This document shows positions 20,647 to 30,406 of a stretch of DNA of 64,000 nucleotides, piece after piece. Source of the DNA: Candidatus Levyibacteriota bacterium (GTDB lineage: Bacteria > Patescibacteriota > Microgenomatia > Levybacterales > UBA12049); the NCBI GenBank assembly GCA_016186625.1, contig JACPLG010000008.1, positions 16,071 to 80,070 on the forward strand. Reading direction: 5' to 3'. The position numbers and the translations under genes were made by a program. The notes below the pieces were generated by a model. That model did no database searches. It saw only the letters and a list, made by a program, of their open reading frames with translations, and was not told where the DNA came from. Positions within the stretch are counted from its first letter, which is position 1, and every line of letters begins with the position of its first letter.

Positions 20647-20781
20647 ATGCCAGGATTTGGTGGATATTATAAAGGAGAGAAGAAAAAAGCGAAAAAAGGC
20701 AAAGAAGTAAAAGGGAATGTTTATAGCTCCACCCCTACTTACGTAATGCCAGAAATTATCTCAAAAAAAAAGCCCGCTTAA
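20647..20781 (+). CDS. Small Lys-rich hypothetical protein (MPGFGGYYKGEKKK..., 44 aa)
   Basis: SD-like AAGGGGTGA; fills the gap before the LytR_C gene. Confidence 0.55.
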   Translation: MPGFGGYYKGEKKKAKKGKEVKGNVYSSTPTYVMPEIISKKKPA

Positions 20782-20800
20782 GCGGTTGAAAAAATTGGTA

Positions 20801-21580
20801 ATGAGAGCAAAAAAGAAAGAAAAACCAAAGAGTCTTAACTTAGCTTTATATTTTGGATTTTTTGTTTTTTTAATTGTTGCAGCATCATTTATCTTTAAGG
20901 TAATTGAGGAGATAGGGAAAAGTAAGTTTGATGGAGATAATAGGTTCACTGTGGCTGTACTTGGGGAGGATGGCGCCAATATCATTTCTATTTCTCCAAA
21001 AGATAATTCGCTAACCAGAGTCCATGTTTTGGGCACTGTTTCTCCTGCAACGCTTAGAAATCTGTCAATCCCAATTTATTCCTATGTAAAACCTGAATCT
21101 GAAATTTCCGGCTCTGCGAAACTCTATTTTGTAAAAATGCTTTTTAATAAAAGAAGCCTGGAAACAGATCTAGGCATATTTGATTTGTTAAAACTTTCTT
21201 TTTACTCTTTAAGAACACCCCAGGAAAAATTAAAAGAGGAAGTGTTATCGGTTGAGGAAATTGATCAGTACTTTTTATCCTCGAGTCTATTCGTAGATGA
21301 TAGGATTTCTTCTGAAAAAGTAAAAATTCAGATTACAAACGCAACCAATGTCTCAGGCCTTGGAAATAAAATTGCAAAAATTCTTACCAATATGGGAGCA
21401 AACGTCGTTTTGGTAAATTCATCGAAAGAAACAGAAAGTAAAAGTAAAATAATTTATCGGGAGGAAAGCTACAGTCTTGAAAAAACTTCACAAATTCTTG
21501 GAATAAGTACGCAAAAAGGGGAGACCGGTTCTATATCTGATATCATAATAATTGTCGGAGAAGATAAAGAGGATTTTTAA
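20801..21580 (+). CDS. LytR C-terminal domain membrane protein
   Basis: N-terminal TM; IQITNATNVSGLG...DIIIIVGED. Confidence 0.8.
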   Translation: MRAKKKEKPKSLNLALYFGFFVFLIVAASFIFKVIEEIGKSKFDGDNRFTVAVLGEDGANIISISPKDNSLTRVHVLGTVSPATLRNLSIPIYSYVKPESEISGSAKLYFVKMLFNKRSLETDLGIFDLLKLSFYSLRTPQEKLKEEVLSVEEIDQYFLSSSLFVDDRISSEKVKIQITNATNVSGLGNKIAKILTNMGANVVLVNSSKETESKSKIIYREESYSLEKTSQILGISTQKGETGSISDIIIIVGEDKEDF

Positions 21581-21747
21581 TGCTTTTTTTCTGGGTTATA
21601 ATTATTGCTTTAATTTCGGTTGTCTGGGCTTTTATTGCCCTAAATCGGGAAAGGAATAAAAAAGAAATGGAGAAGGCAAAAGAGGATATTGCAAAAGACA
21701 GAGTGGTATTTCACTCCTCAGACGTATCAGACTCCTCATCCTCGTAA
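21580..21747 (+). CDS. Small single-TM hypothetical protein (55 aa)
   Basis: TAATG overlap with the upstream gene; TM followed by charged tail. Confidence 0.5.
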   Translation: MLFFWVIIIALISVVWAFIALNRERNKKEMEKAKEDIAKDRVVFHSSDVSDSSSS

Positions 21748-22409
21748 TTTGTATTTGGCTTTATTTTTGCCCTACCGTTTTTCTTAAGACTTAACTTCTT
21801 TTCAACCAGGTGCAGGAAAGAAGGTTGATCCCTGAATTTAGCAGAGCGTTTTAGTTCTCGAATAAAGATAGTGACGTTTTGATGGCTAGCGGATTTTACA
21901 AAAGCCTCATATTTATTTCCGCCTTTTATAAACTTAATAAGCCTTTTACCAATATCATCAGGAAGTGCTCCAATATATTTTTTTCCTTGAGAAATAAATA
22001 TTTTGAGTCTTTTTGCAGATAATTCAACTGACTGTCCTGTTCTAAGCGTGAGCAAAACTTCAGCTTGTGCCAGATTTATTAGATCAATCACTTTTGTTTT
22101 CCCTGTTTCTTCAAGAAAAATATTATTTACCTGAATAATTATATTGTCACTTAAGTTTTCCACTGAATCACTTTTAATTTTTTTTAAATTTTTGAGCGCA
22201 ATTGAGTTCAGAGGATCAATCTCAAGAACTTTTTGATAAGTATTTTTTGCAGATTTTGTTTTGCCAAGAATAGTATAAGCAAGACCCATTCTGTTTAAGG
22301 CTTCGACATCCTGCGGGTTGTCAAGTAGAATCGATTTATTTAATTTAACTGCTTCTTCCCAATTTCCCCCTAGTGCGGTCTTAATGGCAAGATCTGAAGT
22401 TGCTTTCAT
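21711..22409 (-). CDS. Tetratricopeptide repeat protein
   Basis: ALNRMGLAY..YQKVLEIDPLN TPR; FLEETGKTK. Confidence 0.8.
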   Translation of the reverse strand: MKATSDLAIKTALGGNWEEAVKLNKSILLDNPQDVEALNRMGLAYTILGKTKSAKNTYQKVLEIDPLNSIALKNLKKIKSDSVENLSDNIIIQVNNIFLEETGKTKVIDLINLAQAEVLLTLRTGQSVELSAKRLKIFISQGKKYIGALPDDIGKRLIKFIKGGNKYEAFVKSASHQNVTIFIRELKRSAKFRDQPSFLHLVEKKLSLKKNGRAKIKPNTNYEDEESDTSEE

Positions 22410-22562
22410 GAGGATTTAGATTGAAAGATTTTACATTTTACTTTTGCAAAAGTCAATAATCAAATGATAGAATACTCATGCAATACTACCAATAAATACC
22501 AATACTACCAATAAACCAATATTGAAATATTTGTAGTATTTGAAATTGGTAGTATTTATTCT

Positions 22563-23285
22563 ATGAGTGGACATTCAAAATGGTCGACAATTAAGAGACA
22601 AAAAGGGGCAGCGGACGCGCGGCGCGGAGCCATCTTCACCAAAATTTCAAACGCAATAACCATAGCTGTTAAACAAGGGGGAGGGATAGGGGATCCCGCT
22701 CAGAACTCAAAATTACGTCTTGCAATTGAAATGGCAAGAGACGCTAACATGCCAAAAGAAAATATTGAGCGCGCAATTAAAAGAGCAAGGGAGCGTGGAG
22801 AAGGGGAGTTATCAGAGCTCACATATGAAGGTTTTGCGCCAGGCGGAATTTCCGTTTTGGTAGAGGCTATAACAGATAATGCAAATAGGACAACCTCTGA
22901 AGTTAAAAACTTGTTTAACAAATGGGGAGGAAGGCTTGCTGAGCCAAGATCTGTCGCTTACCAATTTGAACAAATAGGTGAAATTACGGTTGCCAAAAAT
23001 GAAAAATCAATTGATGATATTTTTTTAACAGCTGCTGATTTGGGAGCGCTGGATGTGGAGGATAGGGTAGATGCGGCAGCAGTTTTCACCGATATTTCTT
23101 CACTCTCTAAAATAAAAGATGGGCTCGCCACAGCCGGATTTAGGGTGTTAAGCTCGGAAATTTCCTTAAGGCCCAAAACAAAGATAAAAACGTCTCAAGA
23201 GACAAAAGACAAAACGATAAATTTTCTTTCCTCGCTTGAAGATATAGATGATGTCCAAAAAGTATATTCTAATATTGCGCTTTAA
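22563..23285 (+). CDS. YebC/PmpR family protein
   Basis: MSGHSKWSTIKRQK, YEGFAPGG, TDNANRT, DDVQKVYSN. Confidence 0.96.
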   Translation: MSGHSKWSTIKRQKGAADARRGAIFTKISNAITIAVKQGGGIGDPAQNSKLRLAIEMARDANMPKENIERAIKRARERGEGELSELTYEGFAPGGISVLVEAITDNANRTTSEVKNLFNKWGGRLAEPRSVAYQFEQIGEITVAKNEKSIDDIFLTAADLGALDVEDRVDAAAVFTDISSLSKIKDGLATAGFRVLSSEISLRPKTKIKTSQETKDKTINFLSSLEDIDDVQKVYSNIAL

Positions 23286-24089
23286 ATGAAAATTAAAATC
23301 CCTACACTTTTTAAGAAAAATTTTTTCACAAAAAGACAGAGATTTACAGCTGGAGTTATAATTTTGTCCGCAAGTTTATTTCTGGTCGAGCATTTCTTAT
23401 CGAGGTCTGCGCTATACGCTGTATTGCTGTTAGCAATTCTTACAGATATTTTTCTTTATTGGGCTCTTCACAAAGATCTTAAAGACAATTTTTCACCTCA
23501 GGTATTTATTTTACCCTTCCTGTACACTCTGGCATTTGGTCTTTTTTATTTTTCACTGCCGCAAAGATTACTCGTAGAGATATTTCTTACAATTCTTTAT
23601 GCTGTCGGGCTTTATTCTGCTTATTTATCCCAGAATATTTTCACAATATCATCTATTAGAACTATTGCACTTCTTTCTAGTGCGAGAACTGTATCTTTTG
23701 TGCTAAGTATCTTCATATATGCTTTTTTCACAAATACGGTCTTTAGCTCACAGCTTAGTTTTTTTATAATTTTACCTCTAGTTTTTACTTACTCATTACT
23801 TTTGATAATCCATTTGTTATGGACCTATACTTTAGAGAAAAAACTAAGGACCGAGTTTTTGTGGGGGATATTATTAAGTGTCTGTCTTTCGCAAATGTCA
23901 CTCCTTCTGTGGTTTTGGCCAAGCAAACCTCTTGTAATATCTCTTTTTTTAACAGGATTTTTTTATATCATAGTTGGTCTTTCTCATCTTTGGTTTGAAA
24001 AAAGACTTTTTAAATCAGTCCTTTGGGAATACATCTGGGTGGCTGTTTTTGTATTTATAGTACTCGTTGTCTTCACTTCCTGGACATAA
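23286..24089 (+). CDS. Multi-pass membrane hypothetical protein (DUF5656-like)
   Basis: About 8 hydrophobic helices; NIFTISSIRTIALL. Confidence 0.65.
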   Translation: MKIKIPTLFKKNFFTKRQRFTAGVIILSASLFLVEHFLSRSALYAVLLLAILTDIFLYWALHKDLKDNFSPQVFILPFLYTLAFGLFYFSLPQRLLVEIFLTILYAVGLYSAYLSQNIFTISSIRTIALLSSARTVSFVLSIFIYAFFTNTVFSSQLSFFIILPLVFTYSLLLIIHLLWTYTLEKKLRTEFLWGILLSVCLSQMSLLLWFWPSKPLVISLFLTGFFYIIVGLSHLWFEKRLFKSVLWEYIWVAVFVFIVLVVFTSWT

Positions 24090-24090
24090 A

Positions 24091-24200
24091 AATAGCAAAT
24101 AGCAAATAGCAAATAGCAAATAGCAAATAGACAAACGTTAGTAGGGAAGAGAGGTTAGTAGAAGGTATCAAAAGCATCAGAGGTATCAAAAGCATCAGAG
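24091..24200. repeat. Short tandem repeats (AATAGCA)n and duplicated AGGTATCAAAAGCATCAG
   Basis: Directly visible. Confidence 0.85.
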
Positions 24201-24831
24201 GGAGAGCGATTCTAAAATTAATAATTTATTGCGGTTATTAAAAGAATTAAACAGGACCAAAGGTGGGGAAGAGGAGAGGGTGGAATTCTGATGATGCAGT
24301 TTGAGATACTGAATGTTGATATAGTTTGATATAGATAATGATTAAAATATTATAGGACTAAAAATTATAATTTTTAGTCTCAGATGGAGGATTTCACGAG
24401 ATTTTGCGACACTTTTCACAGCCAGGCTGGCTCGTTTGATCGGAAGCTAGAGGCGGAGCGGGTATGAGTAGAATTACATATCGGGAAATGAATGTGTATC
24501 TCTCTTATTTTCAGCCTCGAAACTAATCGTTTTCCCTGCAAAGTCAGGCTAAACGCCACTAAAAAAGAAAAAAATACGAATGTCTATTCTTACAATTCTT
24601 GAGGCTAAGAACTTACGTTTGGATTGACTAGACAAGCTAAACTCGACCTATGTGGAAAACTCGTTTCCTGGGGAAGAAAACAAGTGATAAACTTATCAAA
24701 AAGTATAATAAAATACTCAGGGAATTAAATATCAATGCCTTAAATCGAAGTACAGTGTCTTCCATTTATCTTCCCGAGCCGATCTACATAATTTTGGACA
24801 TGTGTCAGGCGCTGGGAGAGAGGAAGTGATA

Positions 24832-24859
24832 ATGTCGTAGAATAATACTTTTACGACGT
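24832..24859. other. Candidate dif-like Xer recombination site
   Basis: ATGTCGTAGAA-TAATAC-TTTTACGACGT, 11-6-11 architecture with 9/11 arm symmetry, in a non-coding gap where gene orientation converges. Confidence 0.5.
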
Positions 24860-25110
24860 CACGGAGACTAGTCTTTCAGAGAAGACCTCTTTTAACCCCA
24901 TTTATTTTATCAGTATTTATCTGAAATTTTAAATTCGTTTAATTCCTTGTAGTATTCATCTCCCGATTTTCCTAATCGGTACAATATACCGCTATCCCCC
25001 GCTATAGGACATATGTTATTTATTTTTTCGAGGCTAAATGAAGCTAAATTTCAATTACTATCACACTCATCCAGCCTTGGAGAAGTTGTTTAGAGCCTAA
25101 GAATATAAGC

Positions 25111-25599
25111 TTATGAGTTATCTTCTTGTAAACTAGCAATTTCTCTGAGACGGTCAGGATCGACAATGCGATAAACAGTATGTTCTCCTCGCCATTCTTC
25201 CTCAGTTTGCTCTGCTTCTATAGCTCCTTCTCTAGCAAGCTGCGCAAGGGATTGGCTTAATGCGCGATAAGCAGGTGAATCTAGTCCTTTTCTCAACTGC
25301 CCCTTTGCCGAAAGAATTGTCCGTTTATCAAAAGGGTTTGCATATGGATCAAGTCCTGCGCGGTCTCTTAGGGGATTTCTAGTGATTGTAAGTATATCCT
25401 CTGCAATGCGCCTTTGAGTGTAGTCTTGAGGCTTAAAAGGTTTTATAAAAGAAACGTGATCTGCTACAGCTTCTATTAACCTGCGAACTAATGGAGTTTT
25501 AGTTGATTGACTACTTTCACTAGAACCTGGAGCTGCGTCTCTACTCGTATTTTTCCCAAGTCCTGGGGTTCTGAATTCCGAAACTCCTACTTCTGGCAT
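25111..25599 (-). CDS. Hypothetical protein
   Basis: 162-aa ORF with a -10-like element close upstream. Confidence 0.6.
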   Translation of the reverse strand: MPEVGVSEFRTPGLGKNTSRDAAPGSSESSQSTKTPLVRRLIEAVADHVSFIKPFKPQDYTQRRIAEDILTITRNPLRDRAGLDPYANPFDKRTILSAKGQLRKGLDSPAYRALSQSLAQLAREGAIEAEQTEEEWRGEHTVYRIVDPDRLREIASLQEDNS

Positions 25600-25634
25600 A
25601 ACTAATTTATATCACTTGCTTATATCCCATTCAA

Positions 25635-25874
25635 CTATGAGAAAGGTTTCATCCAGCCCCGAGTGACTCTTTGTGCTTTTCGTTTGCTCTGAAGATTTTG
25701 CTCTTCAATTATTTCAACGCCCGGAAGGCCTTTTTCTCCCATAATAAGTTTTGCCCTGACGCAAAGAAAATTCTTTGGCTCTTTCCGGATAATAACAAGA
25801 AAATATCCGCCTTCTGTTTTTCGTGCCCATTCCTTGTACTCTGGCGTGTACCACGTCACAAACCACTTCTTCAT
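25635..25874 (-). CDS. Hypothetical protein (cassette gene)
   Basis: ATG directly abuts repeat R1. Confidence 0.65.
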   Translation of the reverse strand: MKKWFVTWYTPEYKEWARKTEGGYFLVIIRKEPKNFLCVRAKLIMGEKGLPGVEIIEEQNLQSKRKAQRVTRGWMKPFS

Positions 25875-25891
25875 GAGGCAATTATAGCAGA

Positions 25892-25966
25892 GTTGTGCTT
25901 AGGGTTTTTGGTGTCTGAATGTACCTTCCCACTTGGAATGTGGGAAGCAAGATTCTATCATTCATT
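25892..25966 (-). repeat. Mini-cassette copy 1 (hairpin; possible 27-aa ORF 25882-25965)
   Basis: Near-identical to 31867-31941 (two substitutions). Confidence 0.9.
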
Positions 25967-25995
25967 GGGGGAATTATAGCAGTATAGCAGAAGAG

Positions 25996-26601
25996 TTATC
26001 TTTGAAGAATTTTAATAGCGATATCTCGCCCCAGAATCTTTGAAAGTTCCACCCAGACAATAACAATTTGCTCCATCAGTATAAATGATTCATTTCCTCC
26101 TAGATCATAGATTTTTCCAAAACCAATTTGTTTGGCAAGTTTGGTTGCTATCTTTTTCCCGCGAGTACTGTCTCCCCCAACAAACATATCTATTTTTTCA
26201 CCTTTGTAAATTGGGTTTTCCATATTTTTAAATCCGGTTGTATTAAAACACCTCACAATATCTTTTGTGTTTGTGTAAGCAAGAAGTGCCTCGGTAGTTG
26301 TACCGTAAGGTTTTGGTACTCCTCGAAATGCATTCATTACATCAATTATAACTTTGCCAGAAATATCTCCCATATGCTTGGCAATCTCCTTTGTTGCCCT
26401 AGGATCAGCAGCAGTTACAATTACGTCTGCGTTCTTTACTGCTTCAGAAATTGAATGAGCAGAGATATTTTTTGAAAGAAGCCTTTTTACTTTCGGCTTG
26501 TTTTCATCCCTAACGCCCAAGAAAACCCTATGCCCAACTTCTTCAAATCTCTTGGCAAGAGTTCCGCCCACATCACCAGCGCCAATAATTGCAATTTTCA
26601 T
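25996..26601 (-). CDS. NAD(P)-binding oxidoreductase (F420-dependent NADP reductase-like)
   Basis: MKIAIIGAGDVG, VIIDVMN, VRCFNT, GDS..K, GF..YDLG. Confidence 0.88.
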   Translation of the reverse strand: MKIAIIGAGDVGGTLAKRFEEVGHRVFLGVRDENKPKVKRLLSKNISAHSISEAVKNADVIVTAADPRATKEIAKHMGDISGKVIIDVMNAFRGVPKPYGTTTEALLAYTNTKDIVRCFNTTGFKNMENPIYKGEKIDMFVGGDSTRGKKIATKLAKQIGFGKIYDLGGNESFILMEQIVIVWVELSKILGRDIAIKILQR

Positions 26602-27092
26602 AAATTTTTATTGATATTTTTGTAAAAATCGTAGTGAGGGATTTCTTCTTCAGTCGGTGGACCAAATATTTTATGCCATTTTTTAAGATAAGCAAGGCTG
26701 ACTTTGAAAGGATAGTCTTTTTTGTTCCTCTTTTTAACTCTTTCCCAAAGAACATTAAGTGGTGCATCTAAGAAAAAAAGCTCTATCCTTAGACCAGCTT
26801 TTTTGAGTTGGACTTTGTGGTGGTCTCTATCTACTTTTGTCCAAAATCCATTTTCCAGAATTACATTTACGCCAAGATTGGCTAATATTATCGCTTGCTC
26901 GAACATGAGTTTTTCAAGTGGAGTCCTTATCCTTTTTGCCTCATCCATGTCAGTTGGGTCTTTTAGAAGGGGAATAATCCACTCATCTGGACAAAACCTA
27001 ACAGCTTTTCTTTCTTTTTCCAGTTTTTTGGCAAATGTAGTTTTTCCAGCCCCCGGAAGACCACAGACCATAATAACTGTTCCCTTTTTCAT
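26598..27092 (-). CDS. P-loop kinase/ATP-binding protein (AAA_33 family)
   Basis: CGLPGAGKTT, PDEW, VILENGFW. Confidence 0.88.
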   Translation of the reverse strand: MKKGTVIMVCGLPGAGKTTFAKKLEKERKAVRFCPDEWIIPLLKDPTDMDEAKRIRTPLEKLMFEQAIILANLGVNVILENGFWTKVDRDHHKVQLKKAGLRIELFFLDAPLNVLWERVKKRNKKDYPFKVSLAYLKKWHKIFGPPTEEEIPHYDFYKNINKNL

Positions 27093-27116
27093 GGGGCAAT
27101 TATAGCAGAAGAATAA

Positions 27117-27371
27117 TTATTTTCTATAGATTTCTCGTCTGTGGCCTACCCTGAGAATTACAATGTTTTGTTTGTCTATATCAAAAACTATTCTGTAGTT
27201 TCCAACCCTGTAACGATAAGTGCCAATAGATGAGTTTATGAGTTTTTTAGAAAGTCCTTTCGGGTCCTTTGAAAGTTCTTCCAGCTTCTTTTTTATTCTT
27301 TTCTTTGCAATACTGTCAAGTTTTTGGATATCTTTGACTGCGGTTTTAGTATAGAGGAGCTTATAAGCCAT
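27117..27371 (-). CDS. RelE/ParE family toxin
   Basis: YRYRVGNYRIVF, LRVGHRREIY. Confidence 0.93.
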   Translation of the reverse strand: MAYKLLYTKTAVKDIQKLDSIAKKRIKKKLEELSKDPKGLSKKLINSSIGTYRYRVGNYRIVFDIDKQNIVILRVGHRREIYRK

Positions 27372-27619
27372 TAAACTTCGCCAAAAACTTTGTCGTGTGT
27401 TAAAAAGTCACCATTTTCATACTCATTTCTTGCCCTCCTTATACTTGCAAGATATTTTTTGTCTGCAAGAGCAAGTAAATCTTCAAAAAGATCAATATTT
27501 ACCAAAGCGGAGGTGATTTTACCTTTTCGTGCAACCAAAAGAAAATCTTTCTTTTTATTAACTTCTGAAAGAGTATCTGATAAATTATTTCTAAGGACTG
27601 TAGAGTTTACAATATTCAT
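27371..27619 (-). CDS. Phd/YefM family antitoxin
   Basis: STVLRNNLSDTL..LLVARKGK; upstream of RelE. Confidence 0.88.
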   Translation of the reverse strand: MNIVNSTVLRNNLSDTLSEVNKKKDFLLVARKGKITSALVNIDLFEDLLALADKKYLASIRRARNEYENGDFLTHDKVFGEV

Positions 27620-27629
27620 GTTAAATTCA

Positions 27630-27657
27630 ATTATACACTACAAGTGTACATTGTCAA
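27630..27657 (-). promoter_or_regulatory. TA operon promoter with palindromic operator
   Basis: TTGACA-16-TATAAT; TACACT-N3-AGTGTA palindrome and TGTACA in the spacer. Confidence 0.75.
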
Positions 27658-27682
27658 CGGGGCAATTATAGCAGAGTAAAAT

Positions 27683-28723
27683 TTAAAGAGAAAACTCTTG
27701 CTTGTAAAAATTAATTGTATTTGTTACAGCTTCTGACCAGCCGTTGGGTTGCAGATTATGATCTGCTCCTTGATATTTAAAATAAGCAGCATCTACTCCA
27801 TTTCCTTCAAGAGTCTCTACCAGTTCATCCGTCCACCAGTATGGTATTTCCTGATCCCCTGTCCCCTGGTGGACTTGAATTGGCGCTTTAATCCAGCGAT
27901 AATATTTCTCGGGAGAAAACAACTGGGTATCATAAAGCTCTTCAAAATCCGAAAGAGATTTTCGCATGGCCTTTCCCTGGTCATCTAACTCATCTGTGTA
28001 ATATAAAATGGAATAAGGAAAAGATTTGCTAACCGGTGCCCAAAGAACAGTCGGATATGTCACGCCACTAATTGCAAGTACAGATAATGCAATATGCCCT
28101 CCGTTACTATGTCCCCAAAGTCCAACATTCTCTAAATCTGCAGAAATAGTTCCTACGTAATCTGAATCAAGTCCTTTGTTTAAAGTGGGCAAAGATGATA
28201 AAAGAGTGAGCGCAGTTGTATATGTTTGAAATCTTCCCTCAAAAGGATTTGCGGATGGGCTGGCTGACTCTCCAAACCCCAAAAAATCAGACGCAAGCGT
28301 AATAAAGCCATTTTTTGAAATTTCCTCTGCTGATGGTTGAGTTCCGGCTCCGGGTTTATAAGTGTCCTGCGGGATAAAACCGCGAAACATGACAATCACA
28401 GGATACTCCCCTTCTATCTTAGGAATATTTATAAGGCCTGAAACTTTTTCCATTTTTTCACTTCCTGGAGTTTTGGGAGTTGAAAAATAGAAAATTTGAG
28501 AAAAAGAGTCTTCGTCCTCGCTGATAACGGACCCAAGTGTTATTTGATTTTGGGGGAATTTGGTATTTTTTAAATTCTCAAAAGTGTACGAAAGAAGTGG
28601 TTTTGGAATAATTTTTTCCCTTATGATATCTTTCTTAAAATAAAAGTTTTGGAAAATATAAAAAGATTCAGTGGCAATAATGGCAAACAAAACAATGAAT
28701 AACAATGCTAAAGCTTTTCTCAT
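27683..28723 (-). CDS. Membrane-anchored alpha/beta hydrolase (S9 peptidase-like)
   Basis: WGHSNGG nucleophile elbow, HQGTGD, GADHN; N-terminal TM. Confidence 0.88.
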   Translation of the reverse strand: MRKALALLFIVLFAIIATESFYIFQNFYFKKDIIREKIIPKPLLSYTFENLKNTKFPQNQITLGSVISEDEDSFSQIFYFSTPKTPGSEKMEKVSGLINIPKIEGEYPVIVMFRGFIPQDTYKPGAGTQPSAEEISKNGFITLASDFLGFGESASPSANPFEGRFQTYTTALTLLSSLPTLNKGLDSDYVGTISADLENVGLWGHSNGGHIALSVLAISGVTYPTVLWAPVSKSFPYSILYYTDELDDQGKAMRKSLSDFEELYDTQLFSPEKYYRWIKAPIQVHQGTGDQEIPYWWTDELVETLEGNGVDAAYFKYQGADHNLQPNGWSEAVTNTINFYKQEFSL

Positions 28724-29356
28724 TTAGGAAATTAAAGCGGTTATTGCTTCCATGAATTTAGTTGTGGAAAAGTCTGAATCGTGAAGGACTTTATAGCCAA
28801 GTGTAATACCGGCGATTTTTTCATATTTTTTTGCTCTTATCGCAAGAAGTTTGGGGTAACATCTTTCCAATGCTTCAAAATCTGTCTCATTTATTTTCTT
28901 ATTAAATGCGTTTCCCCAAATAACAGGTTTTGGATCTTGAAGATAAAGCCTATACATCTTTTTCTTAACAGAATCTGGTGTTTTAAAATAAATCACTTTC
29001 GTAAGACGGGTTAACTTCTTCAATGCACCCTCTCCTATATAAATTACGCTTCCTGTTGTATCTATCACAATATTTTTATTATTAGTAGATTTCTCAATAC
29101 CGGATAATATTTCTTCCATTACTTTTTCTTCAAGCTGTAAGTATTTTTTGCTTGTAGCGGGATACCTCCTGTCAAACGGTTGACCCATCCATTTAGATAC
29201 ATCTGCTATCCCGGAATACCCCAAATGTTTAAGCTCTCTTTCTAACTTTTCTTCAATTAAATCATCGCAACAATATCTTCTGAAGCCATAAGACCCAAGT
29301 TTTTTTGACCAATAAGTCTTGCCGCTACCAGACATGCCAACAAGCGAAATTTTCAT
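28724..29356 (-). CDS. Shikimate-kinase-like P-loop protein
   Basis: MKISLVGMSGSGKT, CDDLIE, IDTTGSVIY. Confidence 0.8.
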   Translation of the reverse strand: MKISLVGMSGSGKTYWSKKLGSYGFRRYCCDDLIEEKLERELKHLGYSGIADVSKWMGQPFDRRYPATSKKYLQLEEKVMEEILSGIEKSTNNKNIVIDTTGSVIYIGEGALKKLTRLTKVIYFKTPDSVKKKMYRLYLQDPKPVIWGNAFNKKINETDFEALERCYPKLLAIRAKKYEKIAGITLGYKVLHDSDFSTTKFMEAITALIS

Positions 29357-29416
29357 CCTGTTAGATATCTTGTTTCTTTTGGTCATTCTTGTCAAACCCG
29401 TTAAAATCTAACGGGA
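29356..29416. mobile_element. MITE-like element (TCCTGTTAG...CTAACGGGA) with TTCA duplication
   Basis: Terminal IR with one mismatch, TTCA on both sides, inserted at the cassette start codon. Confidence 0.7.
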
Positions 29417-29496
29417 TTCATGGGGAAATTATAGCAGAAGGAAATTTTAATACCTAAATGTTGTATACTTATTTTGCGAAAGGAGGTGAAGTAAAA

Positions 29497-29745
29497 ATGG
29501 CTCTGTTTTTAGGTGTACATAAAATTTCTGCTGGAATGCAAGAATCAGAAATTGTGGAAGGATACAACAAATATAAGGAAAGTGCCAGAGCAAAAGGGTT
29601 AAATCCACTTTCTGCTGTATTTTCTTTAGAGAAAGGATTTGCCCATTGTCAAACCGAAGCACAAAGTGCTGATCAGGTACGGGAAGCACATACAGCAGTA
29701 GAAATTCCGCTGGAGGATGTAGTTGAAGTCAAACCTATTACTTAA
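29497..29745 (+). CDS. DUF4242-like small protein (cassette in inverted orientation)
   Basis: SD AAGGAGGTGA; FLGVH..C..EA.SADQVREAH..VVEV. Confidence 0.7.
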   Translation: MALFLGVHKISAGMQESEIVEGYNKYKESARAKGLNPLSAVFSLEKGFAHCQTEAQSADQVREAHTAVEIPLEDVVEVKPIT

Positions 29746-29878
29746 TGGCAATATTTGTGCAGACACGAACTTTTGCCTCGGAATTTCCGGCTTCCTGTTC
29801 TAAAATCAGTATACCGCCAATAGATTTTGGGCAATTATAGTACCCCACTTCGCACTAGGCTACGAGAGACGAGGGGAA

Positions 29879-30130
29879 TTATTTGTAAATTGTTGAACGA
29901 TGGCCTGCGGTAAGTATTAAAATTATTTTATCTTTTTTATTTACTTTATAAACTATTCTATAAACCCCAATCTTGTATGAATATTTTCCAGTGAGTTCTC
30001 GCGTTAGGGGTTTTCCGATATCAGGATTTTCTTTTATATCCTCAAATATATTTGAGAGTGCAAGACGGTGGCGATAAGATATATTTTTAAGCTCTTTTTT
30101 TGCCCTTGTGGTTAGTTTTAGCCGCAACAT
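29879..30130 (-). CDS. RelE/ParE family toxin
   Basis: NPDIGKPL..LTGKYSYKIGVYRIVY..GHRSTIY. Confidence 0.92.
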   Translation of the reverse strand: MLRLKLTTRAKKELKNISYRHRLALSNIFEDIKENPDIGKPLTRELTGKYSYKIGVYRIVYKVNKKDKIILILTAGHRSTIYK

Positions 30131-30398
30131 GCAAACCTAATTCTTTTTTTACATCTTCCCAATCATGAACTTTTCCCAGAGCTTCATCTTTTTCTCCTTG
30201 CCGAATTGCCTTCATTAAAGAGGGGTCTGATAAGATTTCCGTGGTTTCTTTCCATGATTCAAATTCAGCATGAGACATAATTACCGCAGCCGGAACCCCG
30301 TTTACGGTTATAATATACTCATCAAGCTTATTTTTTGCGTTATCAACGATTTGAGTTAATTCTTCTCTTGCTTTGGTGACAGGTAAAGTTTGTGTCAT
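30087..30398 (-). CDS. Phd/YefM family antitoxin
   Basis: LPVTKAREEL, IITVNGVPAAVIMS, ESWKETTEIL. Confidence 0.92.
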   Translation of the reverse strand: MTQTLPVTKAREELTQIVDNAKNKLDEYIITVNGVPAAVIMSHAEFESWKETTEILSDPSLMKAIRQGEKDEALGKVHDWEDVKKELGLHVAAKTNHKGKKRA

Positions 30399-30406
30399 TA
30401 AACCAT

